A stretch of DNA of 64,000 nucleotides from Cyanobacteria bacterium P01_A01_bin.123. Its GTDB lineage: Bacteria > Cyanobacteriota > Cyanobacteriia > Phormidesmidales > Phormidesmidaceae. Positions 17,921 to 28,554 of the stretch are shown piece by piece. The notes beneath the pieces were generated by a model. The model was not told the DNA's origin and did not search any database. It saw only the letters and a list, made by a program, of their open reading frames with translations. The position numbers and the translations under genes are program-made. Numbering within the stretch: position 1 is the first letter of the stretch; each line of letters opens with the position of its first letter. The stretch is from positions 32,001 through 96,000 of the forward strand of contig JBCBZT010000002.1 of assembly GCA_039815185.1 (NCBI GenBank). Reading direction: 5' to 3'.

Positions 17921-18038
17921 GAGCACCTCGAAAATAAATTTGGACTCCAAAACCGATAGCTGAAATCCTTTAATTCTCGTTGATGATTCTCAATCATGAG
18001 AGCTTATTCTCAATGACCTTGAATTAATCGAGGTGCTC
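17921..18038. mobile_element. MITE-like element of about 118 bp
   Basis: Terminal inverted repeats GAGCACCTCGA / TCGAGGTGCTC, flanked by TTAA and TTCA; no coding capacity. Confidence 0.65.
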
Positions 18039-18199
18039 TTCAGATAATTAATTCTCATTAAGTTCAAAAAAAATGCGCTGCTTTCGAAAGCAGCTTCTTT
18101 TATGTATTCTATGAAAATGTTATATATCTATTTAAGATACTGCTGTTTGGATCTAGAGTTTGAGCAGTGGCAGCAATTTCACAATGAATCATTTTAGCT

Positions 18200-18865
18200 A
18201 TGCTAGACCATCTCGGCATTCATAATCAGGTGAGTACAATTACTCAGAAGTTGATATCTATTAACTTGTCAGTTAAACAAAAGTTTCCTTCATGTACGAC
18301 AACGGGAAGAGATAGCTACAAAATCTCATATTCGGGCATGCAGGATATTTCGATAGCTCTTAAAAATGTTGAGTATAAGGAAATATATGAAGAGTTAGAT
18401 GAAGATGAAAATTACAATATAAAAATGATTGATGGGGCACTAATACAACTCTTATATACTTACAAAGACTCTACCTTAGCTTCACATCGGCTAGCCTTCT
18501 TTCCATCTCCTTTTTTACACGACTTTCAGAATGAACCTGAAATATATGAGGAAGATGAAATATATGCAGATATAATAGCTAAAAATGTACTACCTGTTCC
18601 TGTCAGATTTGATTTTGATTATGATCCAAAAAAACACGTAGAGTTAGACCATCCTAAATGCCATTTAACTTTGGGACAGTTTAAGAACTGTAGAATCCCT
18701 GTGTGTTCTCCGATCACTCCAAATGCATTTATAGATTTTATTCTTCGCAGTTTTTACAATACTGCATTTCAAAAATTTACTGACCAATTAAATTTCTCTA
18801 GTAATTTATTTGATGAGACTATTACTTCTACAGAAAAGAAGCTAATACATTTAGCTATTTCTTAA
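18200..18865 (+). CDS. DUF2290-like protein (partner of the helicase, putative anti-phage system)
   Basis: YNIKMIDGALIQ, HRLAFFPSP, PVRFDFD, HPKCHLTLGQFKNCRIPV, FIDFILRSFYN. Confidence 0.75.
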   Translation: MLDHLGIHNQVSTITQKLISINLSVKQKFPSCTTTGRDSYKISYSGMQDISIALKNVEYKEIYEELDEDENYNIKMIDGALIQLLYTYKDSTLASHRLAFFPSPFLHDFQNEPEIYEEDEIYADIIAKNVLPVPVRFDFDYDPKKHVELDHPKCHLTLGQFKNCRIPVCSPITPNAFIDFILRSFYNTAFQKFTDQLNFSSNLFDETITSTEKKLIHLAIS

Positions 18866-19157
18866 AGGTTCTAAAAAATTAGTGTAATCGCTCATCGCCG
18901 TAGGATAGGCTGAGGAATAAAACCCATCAGTTAAGATATTTTTTCGCCTGATTTATTCCTTCGTTTTATATGTTGAGATGTCTACTTTTAAGATAATCAT
19001 TTGATTGGATATCCAATACTTTTTATTAGGTTATGCTATCACCAACCCAACCTATAAGGGCGGCGATCGCATTGCTCAACAAGAGCAGCAAAGTTATTTT
19101 TGTTCTTTAGCTCTGAAACTTTATGCGACCTACAATGGTACCGTCTTGAGATTCCTT

Positions 19158-19405
19158 ATGGATTTCCTATCTGTTCGTCAAGCTAGAGACAAGCTGTACT
19201 CCCTGATTGATGAGGTTGCCGAAAATCACAATCCTGTTTTTATCGCTGGCAAGCGCAACGAAGCGGTTCTCATTGCTAAGGCAGATTGGGCGCGATTCAA
19301 GAAACCTTATATCTCAATAACATTCCTGGGATGGTTGAATCTATTCAGAATACAGCACAAGAACCGCTTGAAGACTGCACAGAACTTAAGGACTTAGATT
19401 GGTGA
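19158..19405 (+). pseudogene. Phd/YefM antitoxin with a one-base frameshift near 19288-19290
   Basis: MDFLSVRQARDKLYSLIDEV...DW continues in the -1 frame as AIQETLYLNNIPGMVESI...LDW*. Confidence 0.75.
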
Positions 19406-19490
19406 GCTGGAAGGTCGTCCTATCTAAGCAGGCAACTAAAGATGCTAAGCAAGTGGCCGCTTCTGGCCTTAAGCGCAATGTCCAGAAATG
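19402..19490 (+). pseudogene. Truncated Txe/YoeB-family toxin
   Basis: GTG overlaps the antitoxin stop; MSWKVVLSKQATKDAKQVAASGLK; similarity ends at the convergent Uma2 fragment. Confidence 0.65.
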
Positions 19491-19770
19491 TCATAGCGTG
19501 TCTGGATCAATGCCGCGATCGCGTAGTTTCTGCAGAAGCTCTTCTCTCTGCTGTCGCTCCTGAGCCGCTAACGCCTCAGCCTGCAAGCGTCGCTGCTGTT
19601 CTTGAGCTGCCCTTGCACGCTCCAGTGCAATCACATTTTCTGGGGCTGGGTAAGCTTGCCCCTGTGGGTCATACCAATGCAGCCAGTCACGTAGCGGTAG
19701 ACCCTCATGAGTGCCCTGGGCAACGCCAATAAATACCCAACCCAATTTCTGGCATCCAAACCGGGTGGGT
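19491..19770 (-). pseudogene. C-terminal fragment of a Uma2-family endonuclease
   Basis: PVWMPEIGLGI, then a TATT duplication shifts the frame, then WLHWYDPQG...LRDRGIDPDTL. Confidence 0.65.
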
Positions 19771-19794
19771 ATCAAAACACCTAGCTCAGCCAAT

Positions 19795-21297
19795 TCAATC
19801 ACCAACGCCGACTGTCTCACCTACAGCATTTTCTCCATAGTCTTGAATGCGACGGTTCAAATTCGAAAAATCAAACACATTGTTTGACCCAAGCCGGGCT
19901 GTAATCGTGTTCCAAAGGCCAACAATCACGCCAGAGACCACAATCGGCACCACAAAAGCCACTAGCAAATCCCCAGCAAACGGCAATGGCGTCCACGGTG
20001 AAAAGTCAGGTTTTGGGAAAAATAAAGCCCCTGCTCCGATCCCCAACAAAGAACTCACAAAAGCCACTGTTCCCGTTAGGCGACGAGAATACAGGCCGTT
20101 AAGCATAGGGATGAGTGCCCCAGCGCAAACTAAATCTGCCAGCAGAAATAGATAAAGCACATTGTAGCCCTGGGCTGCGATCGCGATCGTCGGTAACCCA
20201 ATCACAACTGTCAAAATACGCGATGCCCGCAGCAAGTTACTGGGCTGCATCGTCGGAAACAGGCGGGTTAAATCCAGAGTGAACACACTGGCAATGCCGT
20301 TAAGCAAGGTGTCAATACTGCTCATCACCAGTGCTAGGGCTAAAATCAACACCCCGACTATCATCCATGTGGGTACCGCCAAAGCTTGCAGTAGCGAGAA
20401 AAAAGCCCGATCATCGGCAAACTCAAAGTGCATCGCCACGATACCTAAGAGTCCAGCAATCAACAAAATGGGCACAATCGCCACCGCAGAGGCCAGAAAC
20501 GATCGCCGCACCACCCCATCATTACGGCAGGCATAAATCCGCTGCCAGTTGGATTGGTTGAACATTTCAGCAGAGATCACTGCGATCACTAAGATCAAAC
20601 CAAATTTGAGGCCGGGGCCATTGCCCAAACTCAGCAGTTGGGGCGCGGCATCTTGAACGGGCGCGATCGCAGCTCCCCAACCCCCCAAGGCAATCACCGC
20701 AACGGCAAAGCTCAACAGCAACAGCGGCACGATAATTACAAACTGTACGGCGTCAGTAAAAATCGTCGTGCCCAACCCACCCACAGACGTGTAGGCAAAC
20801 ACCGCTACCATCACCACCAACGCTGTCAGACCCAAAGGCACGTTGCCCATGATTTCTACTGCCTTCGCGATCGCGGTTAGTTCGGCAGCCAGGTAGACAA
20901 ACATGTAAAACACGATAATGCCCAGTACCAAGAGATACATGGCATTACCAAAGCGATAAAACACATATTCGTTTAGCGAATGACCCTTGGGCATGAGATG
21001 GCGGATGCGAATGCCAATTACCGCAAAAATCGCCGCAGGCGTTGCCTGACCCATGCAATATCCCAAAATCCCAGCCACACCACTCGTCGCCCCGACTTCT
21101 GGCGGACTAAACAAAATCCAAGCCCCCATAGCCGATGCCACGATAGTCGCAAAAGCCATCCAGGTACCCACCCGGTTACGACTCACCATGTAGTCTTCTA
21201 AATTGGCCTTTTGCCGACGGGCGTGAAGCAGCCCCACTAACGTAAATATCCCAGCCGTTGCCAGGGTGGCCATCAGCGCGATCGCACCAATTGACAT
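19795..21297 (-). CDS. Sodium:solute symporter, probably for thiamine or a thiamine precursor
   Basis: Many TM helices; YTSVGGL, TDAVQ, WQRIYA and MSSIDT SSS motifs; TPP riboswitch upstream. Confidence 0.85.
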   Translation of the reverse strand: MSIGAIALMATLATAGIFTLVGLLHARRQKANLEDYMVSRNRVGTWMAFATIVASAMGAWILFSPPEVGATSGVAGILGYCMGQATPAAIFAVIGIRIRHLMPKGHSLNEYVFYRFGNAMYLLVLGIIVFYMFVYLAAELTAIAKAVEIMGNVPLGLTALVVMVAVFAYTSVGGLGTTIFTDAVQFVIIVPLLLLSFAVAVIALGGWGAAIAPVQDAAPQLLSLGNGPGLKFGLILVIAVISAEMFNQSNWQRIYACRNDGVVRRSFLASAVAIVPILLIAGLLGIVAMHFEFADDRAFFSLLQALAVPTWMIVGVLILALALVMSSIDTLLNGIASVFTLDLTRLFPTMQPSNLLRASRILTVVIGLPTIAIAAQGYNVLYLFLLADLVCAGALIPMLNGLYSRRLTGTVAFVSSLLGIGAGALFFPKPDFSPWTPLPFAGDLLVAFVVPIVVSGVIVGLWNTITARLGSNNVFDFSNLNRRIQDYGENAVGETVGVGD

Positions 21298-21502
21298 CTC
21301 ACATACCTCTTGCAAAACACACAGCGGTGGCTAGAGGTTGGGTGATCTACAGCAGTCTTAACGTAAAATCACCCTACAAACTGACCCGTTAGCACTGACG
21401 CGATCTCAACCCTTAAAGGATTGAAATCAAAAGCTCCCAACCCTTTAAAAGGTCAGGAGCTAGGATGCGATCGTTCGTCGTTTCGGTTAATCAAACCTAA
21501 AT

Positions 21503-21586
21503 CAACGCTTCCCTCCGCTGGTACTAACCAGGTCAGGTTCTGAGGGTATAATCTCAGCCCGATTTCGTCGGACACCCCTAGCTTAG
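21503..21586 (-). ncRNA. TPP riboswitch
   Basis: Minus strand: CTAGGGGTGTCC...GGGCTGAGATTATACCCTCAGAACCTGACCTGGTTAGTACCAGCGGAGGGAAGC. Confidence 0.92.
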
Positions 21587-21726
21587 GACTGATTCTAGCA
21601 CCGTATGGGTAAGGGAAGAGTGGCGTTAATGCTTCGTAAGGGGTGAGGCACAAGGGGGTGGTTTTATCCCTGACCTACCCCTCGCCCCTCACGAAAATAC
21701 CCTCCGCTCATCCCTGGTTAATCAAT

Positions 21727-23640
21727 CTAGCTTTGCAAACTCACCACGGGCTGCGCCACATCAAATGTTGATAGGATTTTCTCAGCCATTTGAGACGGCG
21801 TCAGACCCAGCGCAATTTTTGATTGGTCAGGTTTAGCGTGGTCAACCAGCACATCAGGGACACCCAGACGCAATACGGGGACAGTAATTTGAGCATCGAG
21901 CAGTGACTCTGCGATCGCAGACCCAAAGCCCCCCATCAAACAACCCTCCTCAAAGGTCACCACACGACCGATTTGTTTTGCCAAGGGATGAATCAGGGAT
22001 TCGTCTAGCGGTTTAGCAAATCGGGCATTAACGACTGTGGCTTCGATGCCGTGCTCACTCAAAATTTCAGCCGTTTGCAGGGTGGGATACACCATTGATC
22101 CATAGCCCAGCATCAGCAGATCATCCCCTCGACGCAGAATTTCTGCTTTGCCGATGGGTAGTGGTTCGATACCATCTTCCATCAGAGGCACCCCATAACC
22201 ACTGCCACGGGGATAGCGGACGGCAATCGGACTGTCGGTGTGGTTAATGCCAGTCACCACCATTTGCTGGAGTTCAGCTTCGTCCTTCGGTGCCATCAAG
22301 ACGATATTGGGGATGCAGCGCAAATAGGCGATGTCGTAAAGCCCTTGATGGGTCGGCCCATCAGCTCCCACAATCCCGGCCCGGTCTAAGCAGAAGAACA
22401 CGGGTAGATTTTGAATGCAGACATCATGCACGATCTGATCAAAGCCACGCTGCAAAAAGGTGGAATAGATCGCCGCCACGGGCCGCATGCCCTCGCAAGC
22501 CAATCCAGCAGCCAAGGTCACGGCATGCTGTTCTGCGATACCGACATCGATGTACTGCTTAGGTAGCTTGTCTTGCAGTTTATTGAGGCATGTCCCTGTT
22601 GCCATCGCGGCAGTAATCCCAATGATTTTGGGGTTGTGCTCTGCCAGTTTCACGAGGGTTTCGGCAAAGACCTTAGAGTATTTTGGCGGCACAGGTTTGC
22701 TGGCCGGGGCACCTTTGCCCGTCGCCAGATTAAACGGCGATTGAGCGTGGTAGCCCACTTGGTCTTTCTCGGCCAGACTGTATCCTTTGCCTTTTACCGT
22801 GGCCACATGGACGAGGACGGGGCCGGGGTGCTGGTGCGCTTCCTTGAAGGTAGCCATCAGCTCGGTTAGATTGTGGCCGTCTATTGGCCCCATGTAGGTG
22901 AACCCTAACTCTTCAAAGACTGCCCCGACCTTAGGAACAGCCAGACGCTTCATCCCTTCTTTGACTCGATTCAGCTCTGGGGAAAGAGACTCGCCAACAA
23001 AGGGTAAATGTTTGAACTGCTCTTCTAAGTTCTCTGAAAGAAACTGTACGGGTGGGCTGAGACGCATTTTGTTGAGATAGCGTGGAATTGCCCCTACATT
23101 GGGCGAAATGGACATCTCATTATCATTGAGCACGACCAATAGCTTGGTGTTGGGCAGGTGTCCCGCATGGTTGATCGCTTCTAAGGCCATACCCCCAGTT
23201 AGCGCTCCATCACCAATAATGGCGGCTACTTTGAAATCTTCACCTTTGGCGTCGCGGGCTAAAGCCATCCCTAGTGCAGCAGAAATACTGGTGGAGGCGT
23301 GACCTGCGCCGAAATGATCGAATTTGCTTTCGCAGCGTTTGAGATAACCCGCAACGCCCTGTCGCTGGCGCAGGGTGTGGAAGTCGGGATAACGTCCCGT
23401 AATCAATTTGTGGGGATAAGCTTGGTGACCTACATCCCAAACCACTTTGTCGCGATCGAGATCGAGTGTTTGATACAAAGCCAAGGTCAGCTCAACCACA
23501 CCCAAGCCCGGTCCCAGATGACCTCCGCTTGTCGCGACGGTTTGCAGATGCTTCTCTCGGATTTGGCGAGCGATCTGTTCAAGCTGATGAATGGAAAGGC
23601 CATGCAACTGGTTGGGGTGAGTAATTTCACTCAGGTGCAT
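21727..23640 (-). CDS. dxs: 1-deoxy-D-xylulose-5-phosphate synthase
   Basis: [52 protein letters not shown]. Confidence 0.97.
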   Translation of the reverse strand: MHLSEITHPNQLHGLSIHQLEQIARQIREKHLQTVATSGGHLGPGLGVVELTLALYQTLDLDRDKVVWDVGHQAYPHKLITGRYPDFHTLRQRQGVAGYLKRCESKFDHFGAGHASTSISAALGMALARDAKGEDFKVAAIIGDGALTGGMALEAINHAGHLPNTKLLVVLNDNEMSISPNVGAIPRYLNKMRLSPPVQFLSENLEEQFKHLPFVGESLSPELNRVKEGMKRLAVPKVGAVFEELGFTYMGPIDGHNLTELMATFKEAHQHPGPVLVHVATVKGKGYSLAEKDQVGYHAQSPFNLATGKGAPASKPVPPKYSKVFAETLVKLAEHNPKIIGITAAMATGTCLNKLQDKLPKQYIDVGIAEQHAVTLAAGLACEGMRPVAAIYSTFLQRGFDQIVHDVCIQNLPVFFCLDRAGIVGADGPTHQGLYDIAYLRCIPNIVLMAPKDEAELQQMVVTGINHTDSPIAVRYPRGSGYGVPLMEDGIEPLPIGKAEILRRGDDLLMLGYGSMVYPTLQTAEILSEHGIEATVVNARFAKPLDESLIHPLAKQIGRVVTFEEGCLMGGFGSAIAESLLDAQITVPVLRLGVPDVLVDHAKPDQSKIALGLTPSQMAEKILSTFDVAQPVVSLQS

Positions 23641-23863
23641 ACTGAAATACCCTCTAGACGTATTGTGTGGTAAGTGCCACTGCTTTCACTGTAGTCAAAA
23701 TTGAGTCTCAGGACGCGTAGCTGCTCAGAATATGATGTGGGAGGATAAATATATGGGACTCAGTTTTGCAGTTGTGTTACTTTGGCTTCTGTTAGCGTAG
23801 AACAACGCTTGTTACATTTGATCCATAGTTTTCATTAAGCGATATAAGCCTTAAATTTCTGTC

Positions 23864-24388
23864 ATGGTTAATTGTCGTTTGCGTTCTAATCCTTTCCGGT
23901 TTTCTGTGATACCGTTTGCGATCGCAGGTTTGGCTGCCGCCGCCCTCCCGATCACGGTTCAGGCCCCAGCCCAAGCCAATGATTATGAGAGTTGTGCCCA
24001 AGGCTTAACTGACGTTGGCATTACTGTCGAAGATGCCGCCTATGCCTGTGCCACAGCCCTCCATCCCACTGATGTTTCCACCTGCTTTACCAAGGTGAAT
24101 AATGATGTGGGACTCGATTCGTCAGCCTTACTCTCTGCTTGTCGGCGGGTGCGGCGTCCTGTGGATTTAGCCACCTGCGTTGTAGACATTCACCGCGATC
24201 GCCTGGGTGAAGGGTCACTCGCAGTGCTCGATAATTGCCGCCGTAGCCTGTTGCCCGTGCGCTACTCCGAATGTGTGACTGGGCTGATTGAGGCCACTAC
24301 CCTACCGATAGATGACTCCTTGAGCGAATGTATTGCCGGAGGCTATCGGCCTCGTGACATCGCACCAACGTTTATCCCAGTCGATTGA
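23864..24388 (+). CDS. Secreted cysteine-rich hypothetical protein with internal C-x7-P-x4/5-C-type repeats
   Basis: Signal-like APAQA; CATALHPTDVSTC, CRRVRRPVDLATC, CRRSLLPVRYSEC. Confidence 0.7.
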   Translation: MVNCRLRSNPFRFSVIPFAIAGLAAAALPITVQAPAQANDYESCAQGLTDVGITVEDAAYACATALHPTDVSTCFTKVNNDVGLDSSALLSACRRVRRPVDLATCVVDIHRDRLGEGSLAVLDNCRRSLLPVRYSECVTGLIEATTLPIDDSLSECIAGGYRPRDIAPTFIPVD

Positions 24389-24434
24389 TTGAGACAGTGG
24401 ATGTCTAGGGGCAGATTCTAAAGTTCTATTGGGG

Positions 24435-25634
24435 CTACTTAGAGGCGCGGTTCAACAGGTAAATACCTGCGACTAGCCCCAATAGGGTGGGTAACCAAGC
24501 CGCCATAAACGGCGACAGCATCCCTGTTTTGCCAAACGCGTCGGTAATAAACGAAAGCAGATAATAGCCAAAGATAATAACCACGCTGACGCCAAAGCTA
24601 GTGGCTTTCCCTGTGCGTTGAGGTCGTACCCCTAGAGCTGACCCCACAATGCCAAAAACCACACAGACAAAAGGCAACGCATATTTTTGTTGAATTCGCA
24701 CCTGCCAGGTGCGAATTTCTTTCTCGTCACCTCCTTGGCGAATTAAATCTAGGTATTGAGTCGCTTGGGCAATGTTTAACTCGCTGTCACTGCGGGTTCG
24801 AGACGCTAAATCTAGGGGCGTTTTAGGCAGTTGTAGGGCTTGCTGATTGAACCGCACAATGTTGCGGAATGATCCATCTGGGGAGATGACATAGACCGTG
24901 CCGTTTTCAAAGTTCCAGAGGTTTTGCCCCAAATCCCAGGTGGCTGCCTCTGCACTGACAATTTGGTCTAACCCCTGTCGTGAAAAGTCAACAATGGTTA
25001 AACCTTGCATTTCTTCGCCATCGAACTTGCGGGCGTAAAATAACCGTTTGAGTTCTTGGGCACCACTCCCGTCTGAGGCTGGTTGGAATTCCTGATAGAA
25101 AATATTGCGTTCTTGAAAAGGTGGACGTTCTGAATTGAGCGCTTGTTCTAGGGTAATTGCCGCTTGATAATTGGCTGCTGGCGTAATTAACTCATTAAAG
25201 GCAAAAGTCAATCCCGTCACAAATAGACTGAGCACCACCGCTGGTGCAATAATCCGTCGCACGCTCACCCCACAGCCGCGCAGGGCGATTAATTCACTGT
25301 CTCCAGAAAAGCGGCTGTAGGTCATCATGCAGGCCAACAGCGTTGACATCGGAAAGGCCAACACCACAAACTCAGGTAGCTTGAGCAAGAAGATTTGCAA
25401 GGCTAAGGAAGTGGCTAGCCCCGATTCTGTCACCTGGCGAATCAGCTCAAACAGCGCCCCAATCGAAACCCCAATGGATGAAAAAGCGCCGACCCCAAAC
25501 AAAAATGGCAGCGTGAGTTCTCGAGCAATGTAGCGATCCATCACAGACACAGACGGCAGCAATCCACCCAGTAGTGAAAAACGATGGTCGGTTTCAGAGA
25601 CACTAGAAGCCATAGCAGCGTTAACGATATACAA
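24435..25634 (-). CDS. LptF/LptG-family LPS export permease
   Basis: MDRYIAREL, SELIALRGCGVS, MAAWLP; co-oriented with lptB and lptA. Confidence 0.88.
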   Translation of the reverse strand: MYIVNAAMASSVSETDHRFSLLGGLLPSVSVMDRYIARELTLPFLFGVGAFSSIGVSIGALFELIRQVTESGLATSLALQIFLLKLPEFVVLAFPMSTLLACMMTYSRFSGDSELIALRGCGVSVRRIIAPAVVLSLFVTGLTFAFNELITPAANYQAAITLEQALNSERPPFQERNIFYQEFQPASDGSGAQELKRLFYARKFDGEEMQGLTIVDFSRQGLDQIVSAEAATWDLGQNLWNFENGTVYVISPDGSFRNIVRFNQQALQLPKTPLDLASRTRSDSELNIAQATQYLDLIRQGGDEKEIRTWQVRIQQKYALPFVCVVFGIVGSALGVRPQRTGKATSFGVSVVIIFGYYLLSFITDAFGKTGMLSPFMAAWLPTLLGLVAGIYLLNRASK

Positions 25635-25663
25635 TCTGTTGCTTAATCAAAGATAGCGTTCCG

Positions 25664-26473
25664 TTACAACTTAAAGCTGTCTCCCAAATAGTGTTCACGC
25701 ACCAGGGGATTGTTGTACAAATCATCGGCATTCCCGGCAGCCAGAATTTGGCCATCGCTCATGATGTAGGCCCGATCGATAATTTGGAGGGTTTCTCGGA
25801 CATTGTGATCGGTAATTAAAATGCCCATATTGCGATCGCGTAGGGTTCCTACAATCTCTTGAATCTCAGCTACGGCGATTGGGTCTACGCCGGCAAAGGG
25901 TTCGTCTAGGAATAAAAATTTGGGGCCATCGGTACCTGCCGCCAGCGATCGCGCTAATTCCGTTCTGCGTCGCTCTCCTCCCGAGACTTGAATTCCCAGA
26001 GTATTGGCTACCTTCTCCAAACGAAAATCTTTGAGCAACTCCTCCAGCCGATCGGGTTGTTCATCGGCCGGAATCTGGGTTTGTTCCATAACCAGTCGAA
26101 TGTTGTCTTTGACAGTGAGATTACGAAAAATGCTGGCTTCTTGGGCCAGGTAACCAATGCCCAACCGGGCCCTTTGGTGCATCGGTAGGGTGGTAATATC
26201 AATTTCGTTGAGGCAAACCTTACCAGTGTCAGGCTTTTCTAGCCCCGTTGCCATGTAAAAAGTTGTGGTTTTTCCAGCGCCATTTGGCCCCAATAGCCCG
26301 ACAATCTCACCCTGGGCCACTGACAAGCTTACCCCTTGAACTACGGTTCGTTTGCCGTAGGTCTTTTGAACGTTATCTACAACGATTTTCAAAGGGTTGA
26401 TCCGAATGGGAAAAACATCTGCGTCTTTCTCAAATCTTAAAGGCAACGACATTGATTTCGACCAAGGACTCAA
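25664..26473 (-). CDS. lptB: LPS export ABC ATPase
   Basis: GPNGAGKTT, SGGERRR, LDEPFAGVDP, ITDHNVRETL. Confidence 0.93.
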   Translation of the reverse strand: MSPWSKSMSLPLRFEKDADVFPIRINPLKIVVDNVQKTYGKRTVVQGVSLSVAQGEIVGLLGPNGAGKTTTFYMATGLEKPDTGKVCLNEIDITTLPMHQRARLGIGYLAQEASIFRNLTVKDNIRLVMEQTQIPADEQPDRLEELLKDFRLEKVANTLGIQVSGGERRRTELARSLAAGTDGPKFLFLDEPFAGVDPIAVAEIQEIVGTLRDRNMGILITDHNVRETLQIIDRAYIMSDGQILAAGNADDLYNNPLVREHYLGDSFKL

Positions 26474-26478
26474 AAAAA

Positions 26479-27018
26479 CTACTCTGCATCGGGGTCGGCG
26501 ATCGGATCAAGCTCTAGCGCAGGAGGGGGGCTGGGGATAGGTGCGAGTTCTGGAGACCCGGCAGCATCGCCGCCATTTTCGGGTGCAGGAGTCTCGTCAG
26601 AAGCCGGCACAATGTAAGTCGCTTCGACCTGCTCTTCCGGCTGGGGCAGCGCGACAAAGCGCCCCTCATCAACCAAGTAAGTGACGGTTTCAGCCCTTAG
26701 GGTATTCCCTTCTTGATTGACCACAACGTTGCCGCTTAACACGATCCGCCTTTCATTGCTGTAGTACTGAGCCTGAGCTGCGGTGGCAAAGATCTCTTGC
26801 TCTGGATAGTCAATCTGGACATTGCCGGTGGCAGTCACAATACCTGTATTGGCGTTAGCCTCTTGTACATCAGACCGCAGGGTAATGGTGCCCCCGGAGG
26901 CCTGACCAGAAGGCTGGGCTCCAGCCCGATTAGAGACCAGCCCAACAAATAGGGCACTGGACATGACGATGCTAAAGGCCAAAGGCTGAAAGTATCGACG
27001 AAAGTGAGCAGAGATCAT
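26479..27018 (-). CDS. lptA: LptA/OstA-family periplasmic protein
   Basis: Signal peptide; ATGNV and LSGNV beta-jellyroll motifs; upstream of lptB. Confidence 0.8.
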   Translation of the reverse strand: MISAHFRRYFQPLAFSIVMSSALFVGLVSNRAGAQPSGQASGGTITLRSDVQEANANTGIVTATGNVQIDYPEQEIFATAAQAQYYSNERRIVLSGNVVVNQEGNTLRAETVTYLVDEGRFVALPQPEEQVEATYIVPASDETPAPENGGDAAGSPELAPIPSPPPALELDPIADPDAE

Positions 27019-27350
27019 AAGTATGGTTTGGCCGTTAGCTTTGCCAGCAATCCGTTAACTGCAATTAAGGTACAGCATGACTCAAGCAAGGTACCTTGAT
27101 CGTGCCATAAATTAGGGGGCTAATCAAATTCTTCCAGAAGTTTGGTGTACTTTCCGCGATCGCCCCACTTTCTACATACAATAATCACATTTGATGCGGT
27201 GTGGTGAACGGCACAAAACCTCACCAGGAGTAGATTTGAGGACGGTTATTAACCTAGAAAGTTTCCGCAGCGCAGACTGAGCCCCGAACCGAATCGATAG
27301 TGAGTAGCATAGGAGCGTAAATTGCTTGCTGTTATTCAGGATGCCCAGCT

Positions 27351-28052
27351 ATGGCTCAGCCTATTGATCTCTACTATTGGCCCACCCCTAACGGTTGGAA
27401 AATTAGCATTTTTCTAGAAGAGGCGGCATTACCTTACACGGTTAAGCCCATCAATATTGGTGCGGGTGATCAGTTTGAGCCGGATTTTCTCAAGCTCAAC
27501 CCCAACAATAAGATGCCTGTCATTGTCGATCCAGAGGGCCCAGAGGGGAACCCCATCACATTGTTTGAGTCGGGTGCAATTTTGTTATACCTAGCAGAAA
27601 AGACAGGTCAATTTTTGCCCGAGACAATCTGCGATCGCTACCGGGTAATCCAATGGTTAATGTTTCAAATGGGGGGAATTGGCCCCATGTTGGGACAAGC
27701 CCATCATTTTCGTCAGTATGCGCCAGATCAGATTCCTTACGCCGTTGATCGCTACACCAATGAAGCCACCCGCCTCTATCGTGTGTTAGATAAACAGCTG
27801 GGGGAAACTGAGTTCGTGGCGGGTGACTACTCAATTGCTGACATGGCAATTTTTCCGTGGATTGTGCCTTACGAACGTCAGGGTCAAGACATGGCCAACA
27901 CCCCTAATCTCAAGCGTTGGTTTGACACAATCAACAGTCGGCCAGCGGTACAGCGGGGGCTAGCGGTACTCAAAACCGAGCGTAGCAGTCAAAAAATGGA
28001 CGATAAAGCTCGGGAAGCTTTGTTTGGAAGACGTCAATTAGAGCAGCGGTAA
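27351..28052 (+). CDS. Glutathione S-transferase (YfcG/nu-class-like)
   Basis: WPTPNGWKI, NPNNKMP, FESGAIL, YSIADMA. Confidence 0.9.
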   Translation: MAQPIDLYYWPTPNGWKISIFLEEAALPYTVKPINIGAGDQFEPDFLKLNPNNKMPVIVDPEGPEGNPITLFESGAILLYLAEKTGQFLPETICDRYRVIQWLMFQMGGIGPMLGQAHHFRQYAPDQIPYAVDRYTNEATRLYRVLDKQLGETEFVAGDYSIADMAIFPWIVPYERQGQDMANTPNLKRWFDTINSRPAVQRGLAVLKTERSSQKMDDKAREALFGRRQLEQR

Positions 28053-28554
28053 GTAGGCCGACCGCAATCCTCAAGGCAGGTCTGATTGTGGCTCCTCCAC
28101 AGTCTTGTGAACAGTTTGATCGTGAGCACGATGTCTGGGATCCCTGACACAAACTAAGGCTTTTCCTTAAGACAGTTGCGATGGGAAACTGTCTTTTTCA
28201 TTAGCTATACTTTTAAATAGGTTCTGCGAGTTGTCATTTGAAGCAAAAAACGAAATCTTGTAGCCCAACCACAGCAATCGTTTTGCGCAACCCTAAAGAA
28301 ATGCTGGTGGAAGGTTAAGCGGCAGAGCCGTTAATATTGAGCCAGATCAAATAGTGTTCTCTTTAGAATCCATAGTCTTTGCTAATGATTTTTCTAAGAA
28401 AATTTTGAAAAATCGTTCGGCTATCGCTAGCGTATACAACGGAAAAATCGGTATGATTAGCTACAGAAAGCTTTTTATTTATTGAGCTTTCTGTAACGTT
28501 TTTTTGCTTGATCAGTCCATCTTCCTTCCAGCCGGTCGCTAGACAGGGTGAATT

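Noticed and set aside
18898..19055. Degenerate GTAGG...CCAACCTA inverted element (similar short ones near 6318 and 38592)
   Set aside because: Looks like a common cyanobacterial REP-like repeat, too decayed to define or to treat as novel.
19005..19397. 130-aa ORF as a real protein
   Set aside because: It is a chimera of upstream repeat-derived sequence, the antitoxin N-terminus and an out-of-frame tail.
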